Shown piece after piece: positions 1 to 9,386 of a stretch of DNA of 64,000 nucleotides (position 1 is its first letter; each line of letters begins with the position of its first letter). Location of the stretch: assembly GCA_965224705.1 (NCBI GenBank), contig OZ245056.1, forward strand, positions 256,001-320,000, in the 5' to 3' direction. A program made the position numbers and the translations under genes. Below the pieces are notes generated by a model, which was given only the letters and a program-made list of their open reading frames with translations, had not been told where the DNA came from and did not search any database. Origin of the DNA: Spirochaetaceae bacterium. Lineage in GTDB: Bacteria > Spirochaetota > Spirochaetia > DSM-2461.

Positions 1-7
1 CTGGGCA

Positions 8-1417
8 ATGTGGATCGGCGAAGCACCGGATGCAGAGGGAATGCTTCTGAGCCAGGATTCACCGGCCTATAATCATCCGTTAAGTTTTGAGTGTAAACCT
101 CTTCGTCATCGCATCAATGTTACATGGTCGATAAACAGTCAACTCTCCAGGAAGCAGAAAATCCTGCTGTCCAGAGTTGTTGTCAGTCAGGGCAGGAGAA
201 TTCAGACTGTTGATTACTGGCAGAAACAATGGCTGATGACCAGAGGTGAAAAAAAAAACAATGTCCGTTTGACAAAGGGATGGATAGGGGAGAGCAGTAT
301 TTCCTCTCCTGACGATATTCTGGAAAGCTTGAAATTCTTAAAAAAAGAAAAAATCAAACTGGACTGGTTTGCCATTGATTCTGGTTTTGCAGGAAATTCT
401 GATGACTGGATGAAACCAACCGATCAATACCAGAAAAAAATGAATACGACTGCCCGTTATATCAGTGATGCACAGCTTGTTCCAGGAATTCGTTTCTCCC
501 CATTCCTGGTATCCCGGAATTCGAAAATTGCAGAGGAACACAAGGGCTGGCTGGTACACACTGAAAAAGGGTCGCCTGTCATAAAAAAGAACTGTATGGG
601 TAATAAAGCATGCTGCATTTTGGACGCAACAAATCCCAAAGTCAAAGATCATATTTTGAACACACTCACTGTAATGAAGAATCAATGGGGATTTCATGCT
701 TTCGTGCTTGACAACATCACTGACCTGGCTATTCCCGGTAAGCGAACAAATAATACTCTCAGCCCTGGAAGACTTATTTCGGGAATAGTAAAACTCATAA
801 GGAAAACTGTTGGGAATAACGTTCTTCTGGTTGGCATGAAATCTCCACTACTTTCTGCCACAGGTATGTGGGATATTCAAACCATTGCCAATGAGATAAA
901 ACTGTCTCTTCCCGAAAAAGCCCTGATCAATATCGCTTCATCAATGATCCACCGAGCAAGATGGAATAAAGGTGCATGGCTCAATGCATCGGGGCCGATT
1001 TCCATTGAACTGTTCGGCAGCACTGACCGCTGCTCCATAAATATGTTGAGGGATGCCATACCTTTATCCGCCGGATCTGTGCTTCTCAGTGGAGATCCCA
1101 GGGCCCTGGATAAGAGCGCCAGCAGCAATATTAAAAGTTTTATGACAATGTTTGAAGAATGCCAAAATGGAAATATCATGATCGGGAACCAGTCAGGAGG
1201 AGGGAGAAAAAAGGTACTGGTTGTGAGAAATAACCGTGGTTGGCTTGCTCTGTTCAATTTTTCTCCTGATAGAACCACTGTCTGCCTGAGCCGTAATACA
1301 CTCCGGAAAGAACTCGGTATCATTTCTCCACTCTCCGCTGAGGACAGAACACTTCTTGACAGTCAGGAAATTCATCTTGCCTTACCTCCCTGGGGACACC
1401 GATTGTTGAAGGGATGA
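8..1417 (+). CDS. Glycoside hydrolase family 36 (alpha-galactosidase)-like protein, divergent; probably starts before the window
   Basis: Motifs WFAIDSGF, PGIRFSPF, LDATNPKV and WGF...LD line up with the GH36 IDDGW / PGIWxAPF / LDxTxP / GFxYxKLD motifs; C-terminal ALFNFS. Confidence 0.6.
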   Translation: MWIGEAPDAEGMLLSQDSPAYNHPLSFECKPLRHRINVTWSINSQLSRKQKILLSRVVVSQGRRIQTVDYWQKQWLMTRGEKKNNVRLTKGWIGESSISSPDDILESLKFLKKEKIKLDWFAIDSGFAGNSDDWMKPTDQYQKKMNTTARYISDAQLVPGIRFSPFLVSRNSKIAEEHKGWLVHTEKGSPVIKKNCMGNKACCILDATNPKVKDHILNTLTVMKNQWGFHAFVLDNITDLAIPGKRTNNTLSPGRLISGIVKLIRKTVGNNVLLVGMKSPLLSATGMWDIQTIANEIKLSLPEKALINIASSMIHRARWNKGAWLNASGPISIELFGSTDRCSINMLRDAIPLSAGSVLLSGDPRALDKSASSNIKSFMTMFEECQNGNIMIGNQSGGGRKKVLVVRNNRGWLALFNFSPDRTTVCLSRNTLRKELGIISPLSAEDRTLLDSQEIHLALPPWGHRLLKG

Positions 1418-2370
1418 GATTTTCCGGTCTTGATGAAGCGGCTCTTGGGCCGCGTCTTGGACCATTCTGTGCAGGACAGATTGAGTTTACTGGAGAGAAG
1501 GATTGTTCCCTGTTAACGGATCTCTACAATTCCCTGAAAGACTCCATTGTTTCCGAAAATGATGGCAGTTGCAGGATTGTAGTCAACGATAGTAAAAAGA
1601 TGTACAACCGAGGACGGGGAATTCGGAACCTGGAGCATGGTGTTGGTGTATTTCTTGAACTGGCCGGGATTGACTTTCCAAAGAATCTTCATGACCTGGT
1701 TTCCACTCTCTGTCCCCCTGAAGATTGTAAGAAGATGAGCAGCAGTCCATGGTTTGAGGATTGCAGTCACCTGTTCCTTCCTCTGTCAAATATCGATGCA
1801 GGCCAGATCAAACGGGATTCAATGATGGTTGAGCAGAATATGAAGTCTGTGAATATCAGATTTCTGCGGCCCAGGCTTCGCTTTGTTACGGCAAAATCCT
1901 TCAATGAACTCATCGTGTCGCATCAGGGGAAATCTCATGCTGTGCGTTCAGTCCTCCACCGTCTCCTTTCCCATGATGCGAATCTCCATGACCCAGCACC
2001 AGGCCGGTTAACCATAGACAGACAGGGTGGCCGCCGGTATTACAGGGATTGGTTAACTGATCTTTTCACGAGTACACCAATAAGGGCTATCGAAGAAGGT
2101 TCCATACGATCATCTTACACGGTAGGAAACCTGCACATTGATTTTCTTGTCTCTGCCGACAGTAAACGGTTGGAAACGGCCATAGCCTCCATATTCGCCA
2201 AGTATCTAAGAGAGGCTGCCATGTTCATCTTTAACCACTGGTGGAGTGAAAGAGTTATTGGTATCCGTCCCACAGCCGGTTATCCGCAGGATGCAGATCG
2301 ATTCATTCAAAATCTTGAAGAAGCTGGTCAATTACCCAGGAACAAGGACTTACTCATCCGCCGATTGTGA
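1414..2370 (+). CDS. rnhB: Ribonuclease HII-like protein
   Basis: N-terminal GLDEAALGPRLGP, DSKK, AIASIFAKYLRE and GYP motifs; ATGA overlap with the upstream gene. Confidence 0.65.
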   Translation: MRFSGLDEAALGPRLGPFCAGQIEFTGEKDCSLLTDLYNSLKDSIVSENDGSCRIVVNDSKKMYNRGRGIRNLEHGVGVFLELAGIDFPKNLHDLVSTLCPPEDCKKMSSSPWFEDCSHLFLPLSNIDAGQIKRDSMMVEQNMKSVNIRFLRPRLRFVTAKSFNELIVSHQGKSHAVRSVLHRLLSHDANLHDPAPGRLTIDRQGGRRYYRDWLTDLFTSTPIRAIEEGSIRSSYTVGNLHIDFLVSADSKRLETAIASIFAKYLREAAMFIFNHWWSERVIGIRPTAGYPQDADRFIQNLEEAGQLPRNKDLLIRRL

Positions 2371-2428
2371 TAATAGAGCTTTTTCTCTCAACTGAATACC
2401 CGGTGTCAGAAAGCTTGTTATACCCTGG

Positions 2429-2490
2429 GAGTCTGTCGGGTTTTAAGGATCGAGGCGATTTTGAAGATTTCTTCCTGATGCAAGACAACC
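2429..2490. repeat. Partial copy of the 161-bp MITE family
   Basis: GAGTCTGTCGGGTTTTAAGGATCGAGGCGATTTTGAAGATTTCTTCCTGATG matches the reverse complement of the right half of 54328-54488; preceded by CTGG. Confidence 0.85.
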
Positions 2491-2506
2491 AGCTCATGCA
2501 ATGGGG

Positions 2507-4591
2507 TCATACTCGTTCCAGTCTCACCGCACCTGTCTTGTAGGAGGGTTCCCGGGAAAATTCGTCAAAGTCGTCGGCAACAAGATTGTTTGTTCCCAAA
2601 AAATGCATGGGGCTAAAAATATAGCCCTTGCTGACGGTATCGGTGATTTTCACTCTGGCCAGGTGTTCTCCCTGTCTTGATACAACGCGGACTTCCATAT
2701 CGTCCGTCAGATCGTAGAGACCGGCATCATGAGCATTGACTTCAATATAGGATCTGTCTGGATAAACTTCTCTGAGTCGTTTTGATCGTCCGGTCCGGGT
2801 CATCGTTTGGAATTGTACCTGGGAACCGCGACCGGTCAGCAAGTAGAGTGGATACTCATTATCCGGTTCCTGCTTTGGCCTGGTCCATTCAGCAAACAGG
2901 AATTTCGCTTTGCCATCGGCTGTGTAGAACTTGCCGTCTTCAAAAAGACGCCGCTGGTTCTGACCCAGTGGGGTTCCTTTGGGAAATGGCCATTGGATAC
3001 CGTCATGTTCCATCAGAAATTGCCGGTTTTCGATGCCGCTGATATCGCAGGGCATTCCGACACTCATCGTTTTAATCAAGTCAAAAGCGTTTTCCGGTGT
3101 TTTCCATTTTGCCAGAACGGACGAATCGACACCCCAGTGTTCCGCGATTTTCTGAAAGATCTGATAATCGGCAAGTGCCAAACCGGGGGCTTTTTTGACT
3201 GCGGGACTATAGCCCAGCCTCCGCTCTGAATTGATTAGAAAGCCTTCTTTTTCCCCTATACCGGCTGCCGGAAGAAATATATCGGCCCTTTTCGCTGTCA
3301 CTGTATCAGGATAGAGATCCTGTACAACGAACAAGTCCAGTTTGGAAATCAAACTGTTGATTCTGTTGGAATTGATCCATGAATGCAATGGGTTCGTACA
3401 AACAATCCACAATGCCTTGACTTCCCCACTTTCAACCCGGTCGATAATCCTGTCATAAGGTTTTGATGGGGAATCGGGGATCATATCATCACTTATACCA
3501 AGAATTGCGGATACCTGCTTTCGGTGCTCAGGATTGGCATAGTCTCTTCCCCCATAGAGGCAGGTGGTGTTGCTGTACAGCCGCGATCCCATGGCGTTCG
3601 TTTGTCCTGTAAGTGAATTCGGACCCGTCCCCGCCCTGCCGATATTGCCGGTCATCATTGTCAGGTTGATAATTGCCTGTATGGTTCTGGTACCTTGATG
3701 GCTTTGATTGACCCCCAGACACCACCAGAAACTGATCTTTTTGCGGGTTTCAAATATTTTTACCAGGCGGTCAAAACTTTCAATATCTATTCCGGTTTTT
3801 TCTTCAATGTCCTGTCGTTTGAAATCCTTGACAAAATCCCTGAATTGTTCAAATCCAGTGCTGTGTTCCGCAATGAATTTCCTGTCAATTGCCTTGCCGC
3901 TCTGGATCAATGCGTTTGCCAGGGTATAAAGCAGTATCAGATCGCGCTTTGGTTTTACAGGCAGATAGAGAGTCGCTTTTTCCGTGACAGGATTTTTTCG
4001 CGGATCAATGACAACAAGATCATGATCATTTTTATTATTTTTATACCGTTCCCAGACTATAGGATGAGACACAGGGGTGTTGGAACCGATGAGAATAACG
4101 CAATCGGATTCCTCAATGTCCTGATAGCTAAGCGGAGGCGCGTCAAAGCCGAATGCCTGCTTGTATCCGACCACAGCACTGGCCATGCACTGTCTGGTGT
4201 TGCCATCGCCATCTATGCCCATAATCCCCCTCAACAGTCCTAAGAGGGCGCACTCTTCTGTGAATAACTGACCTGTGCTGATAAAAGCCACGGATTTTTT
4301 GCCGTACTTATTCTGGATTTCCTTAATACTGCGGCACATCCGGTCAAGAGCCCCATCCCAGCCGGTCTCTTTCATCGTTCCATCGGACTGCCGCACAAGC
4401 GGTGTCAATCCCCGATCTTCGGCATTGATGGGGTCCATTATTTTGAAGCCTTTTGGGCAGAGCTTGCCCCGGTTGACCGCATAGGTTGGATTTCCCGAAA
4501 CCCTTACGACACTACCATCGTCCCCAACCACAAATTGCAAGCTGCATCCAACACCACAATAGTTACACATTCCTTTTACAGTGTTTGCCAT
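2507..4591 (-). CDS. nasA: Molybdopterin oxidoreductase, assimilatory nitrate reductase catalytic subunit-like (NasA/NarB)
   Basis: CNYCGVGC...NRGKLCPKG 4Fe-4S motif, NTRQCMASAV Mo-ligand Cys, GVNQSHQG, SLTGQTNAMG, C-terminal TGR and D..SREPSYK; AAGGAG RBS. Confidence 0.8.
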   Translation of the reverse strand: MANTVKGMCNYCGVGCSLQFVVGDDGSVVRVSGNPTYAVNRGKLCPKGFKIMDPINAEDRGLTPLVRQSDGTMKETGWDGALDRMCRSIKEIQNKYGKKSVAFISTGQLFTEECALLGLLRGIMGIDGDGNTRQCMASAVVGYKQAFGFDAPPLSYQDIEESDCVILIGSNTPVSHPIVWERYKNNKNDHDLVVIDPRKNPVTEKATLYLPVKPKRDLILLYTLANALIQSGKAIDRKFIAEHSTGFEQFRDFVKDFKRQDIEEKTGIDIESFDRLVKIFETRKKISFWWCLGVNQSHQGTRTIQAIINLTMMTGNIGRAGTGPNSLTGQTNAMGSRLYSNTTCLYGGRDYANPEHRKQVSAILGISDDMIPDSPSKPYDRIIDRVESGEVKALWIVCTNPLHSWINSNRINSLISKLDLFVVQDLYPDTVTAKRADIFLPAAGIGEKEGFLINSERRLGYSPAVKKAPGLALADYQIFQKIAEHWGVDSSVLAKWKTPENAFDLIKTMSVGMPCDISGIENRQFLMEHDGIQWPFPKGTPLGQNQRRLFEDGKFYTADGKAKFLFAEWTRPKQEPDNEYPLYLLTGRGSQVQFQTMTRTGRSKRLREVYPDRSYIEVNAHDAGLYDLTDDMEVRVVSRQGEHLARVKITDTVSKGYIFSPMHFLGTNNLVADDFDEFSREPSYKTGAVRLERV

Positions 4592-4662
4592 GTCAATTCT
4601 CCTTATACCTTAATCTTGACAAAAATGTTACAGCAAGAAAACTATAGTTGCAGTATCACGAA
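4422..4662. repeat. Copy 1 of a ~240-bp direct repeat (nasA 5' end plus upstream region)
   Basis: Nearly identical to 5506-5745. Confidence 0.95.
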
Positions 4663-4719
4663 AATAAGATAATGTCAATTATTGTGGATGAAAAAAGTGC
4701 GAAATTCTTCAATTTATGC

Positions 4720-5508
4720 AACTTCTTCAAAGGCACTTACCTCGCAAGTCCCAGAACATTCTACCGCGTGTTGAAGCAGCGGGGACTCCTTTCTCACAGG
4801 CGAAGCTCAAAGCCGCCGAGAAAGTCCTGCAGACCGCCGGAAAGCGACCGGCCCGGATCAAGTGTATTCCTGTACATGGATGCCCTCTAATGGTCTATTC
4901 TGGTATGCCTATGCTGTCATTGACGTTTGGAGCCGTGAGATTGTTGGCTGGACCATCCATGATTCTGAGTCGGAAAAATATGCCAGGGAGTTATTCCTTA
5001 GAATTAAAACGAAACGAGATCTCAAGGGAACCTGGCTCCATGCGGATAATGGGAATCCCATGCGGGGAGCGGCCTTTGCTGTTACTCTGGCCAACATGGG
5101 TATGTTCCTTTCGCACTCCCGGCCCCTGGTGAAGAATGACAATCCATTTATGAGTCATTCTTCAGGACTCTCAAATACCATGCTGGTTATCCGCGGCGCT
5201 TTGCCACTATTGATGAGGCCAGGAGTTGGACGGCAGATTTCATCAACTGGTATAACACTATTCATAGGCATTCGGGAATCGGTTATGTCACACCACTACA
5301 GCGGCGAACAGGTGTATCATCCAATCTATTCGCCAGAAGGAACCGGACACTTCAGGAGGCATGGAAGAAGCACCCTGAACGTTTTCCGAAAAGGGGTCCT
5401 CGGATGTGGAGGGAGCGTATGGTTGTCTACCTGAATCCTTCACGGGAAACCAGAAAGTTTTTATATAAAAAAGCAGGATGATTGTGACAACTTGCTTGAC
5501 ACTAAGCG
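4720..5508 (+). mobile_element. Truncated, frameshifted IS3-family transposase remnant with its right end
   Basis: GTYLASPRTFYRVL, VIDVWSREIVGW, LHADNGNPM and SRPLVKNDNPF; after a frameshift near 5150, ESFFRTLKY...WYNTIHRHSGIGYVTP...VYLNP stop; followed by the end-like sequence GTGACAACTTGCTTGACA. Confidence 0.9.
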
Positions 5509-5675
5509 TTGATGAGGTCCATTATTTTGAAGCCTTTTGGGCAGAGCTTGCCCCGGTTGACCGCATAGGTTGGATTTCCCGAAACCCTTACGACACTACC
5601 ATCGTCCCCAACCACAAATTGCAAGCTGCATTTAACACCACAATAGTTGCACATTCCTTTTACAGTGTTTGCCAT
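5502..5675 (-). pseudogene. Truncated second copy of the nitrate reductase 5' end (~57 codons)
   Basis: MANTVKGMCNYCGVKC...KIMDLINA then stop at the IS end; 5 mismatches in 170 bp versus 4422-4591. Confidence 0.9.
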
Positions 5676-5745
5676 GTCAATTCTCCTTATACCTTTTCTT
5701 GGCAAAAATGTTACAGCAAAAAAACTATAGTTGCAGTATCACGAA
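5506..5745. repeat. Copy 2 of the ~240-bp direct repeat
   Basis: Nearly identical to 4422-4662. Confidence 0.95.
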
Positions 5746-5899
5746 TATGAATTAGAAATTCGCACCTATGGGAACGCCTTCCCCCACCATTAAACCGCAG
5801 ATTTTTCCCTTAAGTGACTTTTTCAGGCACCGCATATAGCGGGCCAAAGATCTGCCTGTGCGTATCCACACGCAGACAGGCGAGTTCCGACTTGAGCTT

Positions 5900-6601
5900 C
5901 TATTTCAATTCCCTCAGCCTCTCTTCATAGCATTCGACAAGCCATTGCTGATCCTTCTCCTTCCCAATCGCATCGCAAACGCGTTCAATGCAGCGGCGGT
6001 ACTCGTGCATGGAATCGATATGGTCCAACCGGGCGGGGGTTCTCAAGTTCTTCTCCACCATGCCCCTCAATTCCTCCAATGTGCCGTTTATTCTTCGCAG
6101 GAGAGACTCGGAGATGCCGTATCGGTTCTTCTTTAAGCCGGAAACAGCGTCCGAAATTTCTCTTAAGCAATCGGGCAGGATGGTGTGTTGTTCCGTTATC
6201 AGGCAGACTTTCAGGTTGAGCAGGTTGTACTGTATTCCGCCGACAATTTCATCAAAACGGCTGTTAATCAGCAAATTCTCCTTGATTCTATCATATTTTT
6301 TCAGCTTGGTTTCAATGGATTGGAAAATTACTGCGGCTATCCAAATAACAACAATACCGAGCAGAGAGAAAAGAAAAGTCAGGGTATTGGCATTGATCAG
6401 GTTGTAGCCCAGTTCTTTGATCTTCCCCATCGGATCTTGAATTACCAGTGTGTCCGCTGCTTCATGGACATTGGATTGGATTTTATCCAGGATCGTGTTG
6501 AATCGGACAGCCGTGCAAATGTAAAGGAGAAAAGCTGTTATAAAGGTGATCAATAGCAAGCTGGCGATCCCAACAAGGATGCCCTTGCGCGTCTTCTTCA
6601 T
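5900..6601 (-). CDS. Hypothetical membrane protein with two TM helices and a helical C-terminal domain
   Basis: Hydrophobic segments ILVGIASLLLITFITAFLLYIC and TLTFLFSLLGIVVIWIAAVIF; ATGA overlap with the upstream receiver gene. Confidence 0.7.
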   Translation of the reverse strand: MKKTRKGILVGIASLLLITFITAFLLYICTAVRFNTILDKIQSNVHEAADTLVIQDPMGKIKELGYNLINANTLTFLFSLLGIVVIWIAAVIFQSIETKLKKYDRIKENLLINSRFDEIVGGIQYNLLNLKVCLITEQHTILPDCLREISDAVSGLKKNRYGISESLLRRINGTLEELRGMVEKNLRTPARLDHIDSMHEYRRCIERVCDAIGKEKDQQWLVECYEERLRELK

Positions 6602-7038
6602 TTGTCTTCTTTATCCATGTTTTGCAGGAAATCCAGCAACCTGGGAAATGGATCGTCGTCTTTTCCCTGTTTTTCCATCAGCTCAATGCCGGGGAATTGC
6701 TCCATCACCTCTCCATGTTTCTCTTTGAGCTGTTCTATGTATGCGGAAAAAATTATTGTTTTTTCTGTGAATTCGGGGTTGTTTTCCAATGCCTTCCGCA
6801 ACCAGTCCCAGCCGGCCAGGATATGCGTGTCAGGATCGTCTGATTCAAGGGATCTGCCGCAGGGGAGGTTGAGATCGACAATTAAATAGCCGATCTTATC
6901 TTTTTCGTATGTCAAAAAATAATTCGCATCCTCAACATCCATGGCGTTAATAACCTCATAGCCATTTTTTTTCAGATATTCGCGAAGATAGTAGGCCAAC
7001 TCGCCTCTGTCTTCCACATGCAGTACTGCTTTTCTCAT
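6598..7038 (-). CDS. Single-domain response regulator (receiver only)
   Basis: VLHVED, LIVDLNLP phosphoacceptor, IIFSAY, conserved Lys in MEK; no output domain. Confidence 0.85.
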   Translation of the reverse strand: MRKAVLHVEDRGELAYYLREYLKKNGYEVINAMDVEDANYFLTYEKDKIGYLIVDLNLPCGRSLESDDPDTHILAGWDWLRKALENNPEFTEKTIIFSAYIEQLKEKHGEVMEQFPGIELMEKQGKDDDPFPRLLDFLQNMDKEDK

Positions 7039-9263
7039 CGTGCTCCTCCTTTTCTCAAACGCGGCAGCTTGGCCGTAAATTGAACTTCATAGGTTGGCGT
7101 GTCGATTTCCGATTTTATCCTTGCCGGTTGGGGAAAGTACAGAATATCACCGTTCCACTTTCCGGCAACAATCCTCCCTATCGATTTATCTGTTTTTAGC
7201 CGTTCATGCTCTTCCCTGTATTTGGCCAGTTTCCTTTCTTCAAAAAACTGTTTGACTAGCCATGGCTGTCGATCCCAGTGCTTCATCAATGCCGCAAGGA
7301 GGGGGATGTGCAATGTGGACACCTTCTTATCTTCTGCAGACAGCTCTCCCCCATGCAGATCAGCAACTTTCCGGGCGATGTAGAGACCCAGTCCAAACCC
7401 GCTCATCTCTGTCGCTCCCCTGCTGTAGAGTCCATAGATATCGATATGTGGCGGTATCGGTGTTCCATAGTCGGTCACGGTAAAAAGTGTCGAGCTAACA
7501 TCATCCGGACTGCTTCGCCACTCCACCTCTATGTTGCTTCCTCTATGGCAATATTTCAGCGCATTGGTTAGGAAATTGTACACTATTTGTTCCAAAAGCT
7601 CAAAATTGCCGTATACCGCTGGATGGTTCTCGTCCTCCTTGCCATTGATGTTCCATAGGGAGGGAATTCTCACCTGTTGTTCATTAGCGCGCTGCCGGAA
7701 ACTCTTGCGCCATTTGTAGAGGAGCTGGCCGTAAGGCAGAACCCTGCCCATTTTCGGCTTCACGCCACCGTCAGCCACAATTCCCATTCCCTCGCCGATC
7801 AACTCTATCTGATGAGTGTAATCCTGGAGATCGTCCCGCACCTCTTCGGTTTCTTTGGCTGATAAATCGCGCATGGCGGACGCGCGGAAATAGACGTGGC
7901 GGATTCCGTCTATGCCGATGGTCAATTGGTTCAATTCGTGTTTCTGGTAACGTAGATGCAGAGTGTAGATGTCCGCCAGTGAATGCGCCATTACAGTCTC
8001 ATAAGCCGAAGTGAAGGCATTGTTAAAAAGCTTAAACCCCTTCGCCAAGTTCCCTGACGACTTGTTGACAGGGCTGTTTCTGGGATTCTCTTTCGGATAA
8101 CCAACGGCAATCACAATATTCCAATTATTTTGGAGGCTGCCCAGGGGCACCAGGTTGAAATTGTCAATTTCTTTCGTTTCCGGGCTGTTTAACACAGCTC
8201 TCTTCTCACTTTCACAGGTTGGGAGTGTCTTTCCCACGTTTTTCGCATAGATGGTTTCCTTGAAGTTGCGCTTTAATTCCTCCGTATCAGGGGTGACAAC
8301 TTTGCGACTCAATGTTCCTTTCCGATTGCCCATGGGTATGCCGCGGGCATAAATGATGTAGAATGAAAAACGAAAATGCTTGATAACCGATTCCGCTGTT
8401 TGTTGCGCTATCTTCCAGAATCCATTCACCCGATCTTTAAGGATTTTTCTCTGAAGTTCTTTTGCATTCTTGTTTTCAAACTCATCAATGATTTCGGTTA
8501 TCTTGTCTGTGATTATTTCTTTTCGTCTTCTATCAAGACTTATTGAAAGCTCCTTTTCCAAATCCTGGATTGCGTCTTTCAGGCTCTGGATTATTTCGCC
8601 ATATTCCTTTTCTGTTCTTCCCCGTTTTTTCGAATCGCTCTCTATCAGAGCCAATGCTTCCGGATCTTGTACCATAGTTGACAAAAAACCATCCGAATCC
8701 GATATTTTAAATCCGGAATTTTCTTTATATCTCTGGCCGGTCATTAGCAAGCCGATCTTTCTGCCCTCAACCCGGATGGGAAAGATGAGTTTCTTGAAAC
8801 CGCTTATGGGGCAGTTGTATTCAATATATGATTTTTCTTGAGCACCGATAACTCGGGGAGGCATAGCTGCTTCATATTCTGGTTGAACAATCTCATCGAA
8901 TATCTTATCGACAGCTGCCTGGCTTATGTTTCCATCGCCATGCCAGAGGCGGGCAAAATCTTTTTCAGATTTCTCACACTTCCCGCGGTATGAGGCGACG
9001 CTGTCATTATCCTCTCTTCTGCGCCTGCAATACTCGCACATAGCGGAAAGGTTTGTGTATGGCGCGTCTATGCGCTTGGGATTACCGTCCTCACCCATCT
9101 CCATGATCGAGACAGGGAGATGAACCCGTGATGTTATCTCTGCCTGCAGCCCCCTGCAATGGAGTTCCGTGATGATGCCGCCGTTCAGGCAGGATTTTCC
9201 TCTGGTTATCCTGACAGGCTGGTAGGGCCAATTTTCGGCTGAGCTTGTAACGGCATCATTCAT
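7035..9263 (-). CDS. Cytoplasmic sensor histidine kinase with N-terminal PocR-like domain
   Basis: H-box KHELNQL, N-box NFLTNALKY, G1 VTDYG, G2 GFGLGLYIAR; N-terminal YNCPISGFKKLIFPIRVEGRKIGLLMTGQ resembles PocR. Confidence 0.8.
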   Translation of the reverse strand: MNDAVTSSAENWPYQPVRITRGKSCLNGGIITELHCRGLQAEITSRVHLPVSIMEMGEDGNPKRIDAPYTNLSAMCEYCRRRREDNDSVASYRGKCEKSEKDFARLWHGDGNISQAAVDKIFDEIVQPEYEAAMPPRVIGAQEKSYIEYNCPISGFKKLIFPIRVEGRKIGLLMTGQRYKENSGFKISDSDGFLSTMVQDPEALALIESDSKKRGRTEKEYGEIIQSLKDAIQDLEKELSISLDRRRKEIITDKITEIIDEFENKNAKELQRKILKDRVNGFWKIAQQTAESVIKHFRFSFYIIYARGIPMGNRKGTLSRKVVTPDTEELKRNFKETIYAKNVGKTLPTCESEKRAVLNSPETKEIDNFNLVPLGSLQNNWNIVIAVGYPKENPRNSPVNKSSGNLAKGFKLFNNAFTSAYETVMAHSLADIYTLHLRYQKHELNQLTIGIDGIRHVYFRASAMRDLSAKETEEVRDDLQDYTHQIELIGEGMGIVADGGVKPKMGRVLPYGQLLYKWRKSFRQRANEQQVRIPSLWNINGKEDENHPAVYGNFELLEQIVYNFLTNALKYCHRGSNIEVEWRSSPDDVSSTLFTVTDYGTPIPPHIDIYGLYSRGATEMSGFGLGLYIARKVADLHGGELSAEDKKVSTLHIPLLAALMKHWDRQPWLVKQFFEERKLAKYREEHERLKTDKSIGRIVAGKWNGDILYFPQPARIKSEIDTPTYEVQFTAKLPRLRKGGAR

Positions 9264-9386
9264 TTATGGACACCTCCGTGATCTTCAAGTATCGCACTGA
9301 ATAAAGCCGTTGTGCAATCGAAATTCTGGTTTCATGAGAGGAAGTGAATAGAAATTCCCCAACCGCCTCCGACATTACCCAAATTC

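Noticed and set aside
4673..4690. TGTCAA as the left inverted repeat of the IS3 element
   Set aside because: Only 6 bp match the right end, and the transposase 5' half is missing
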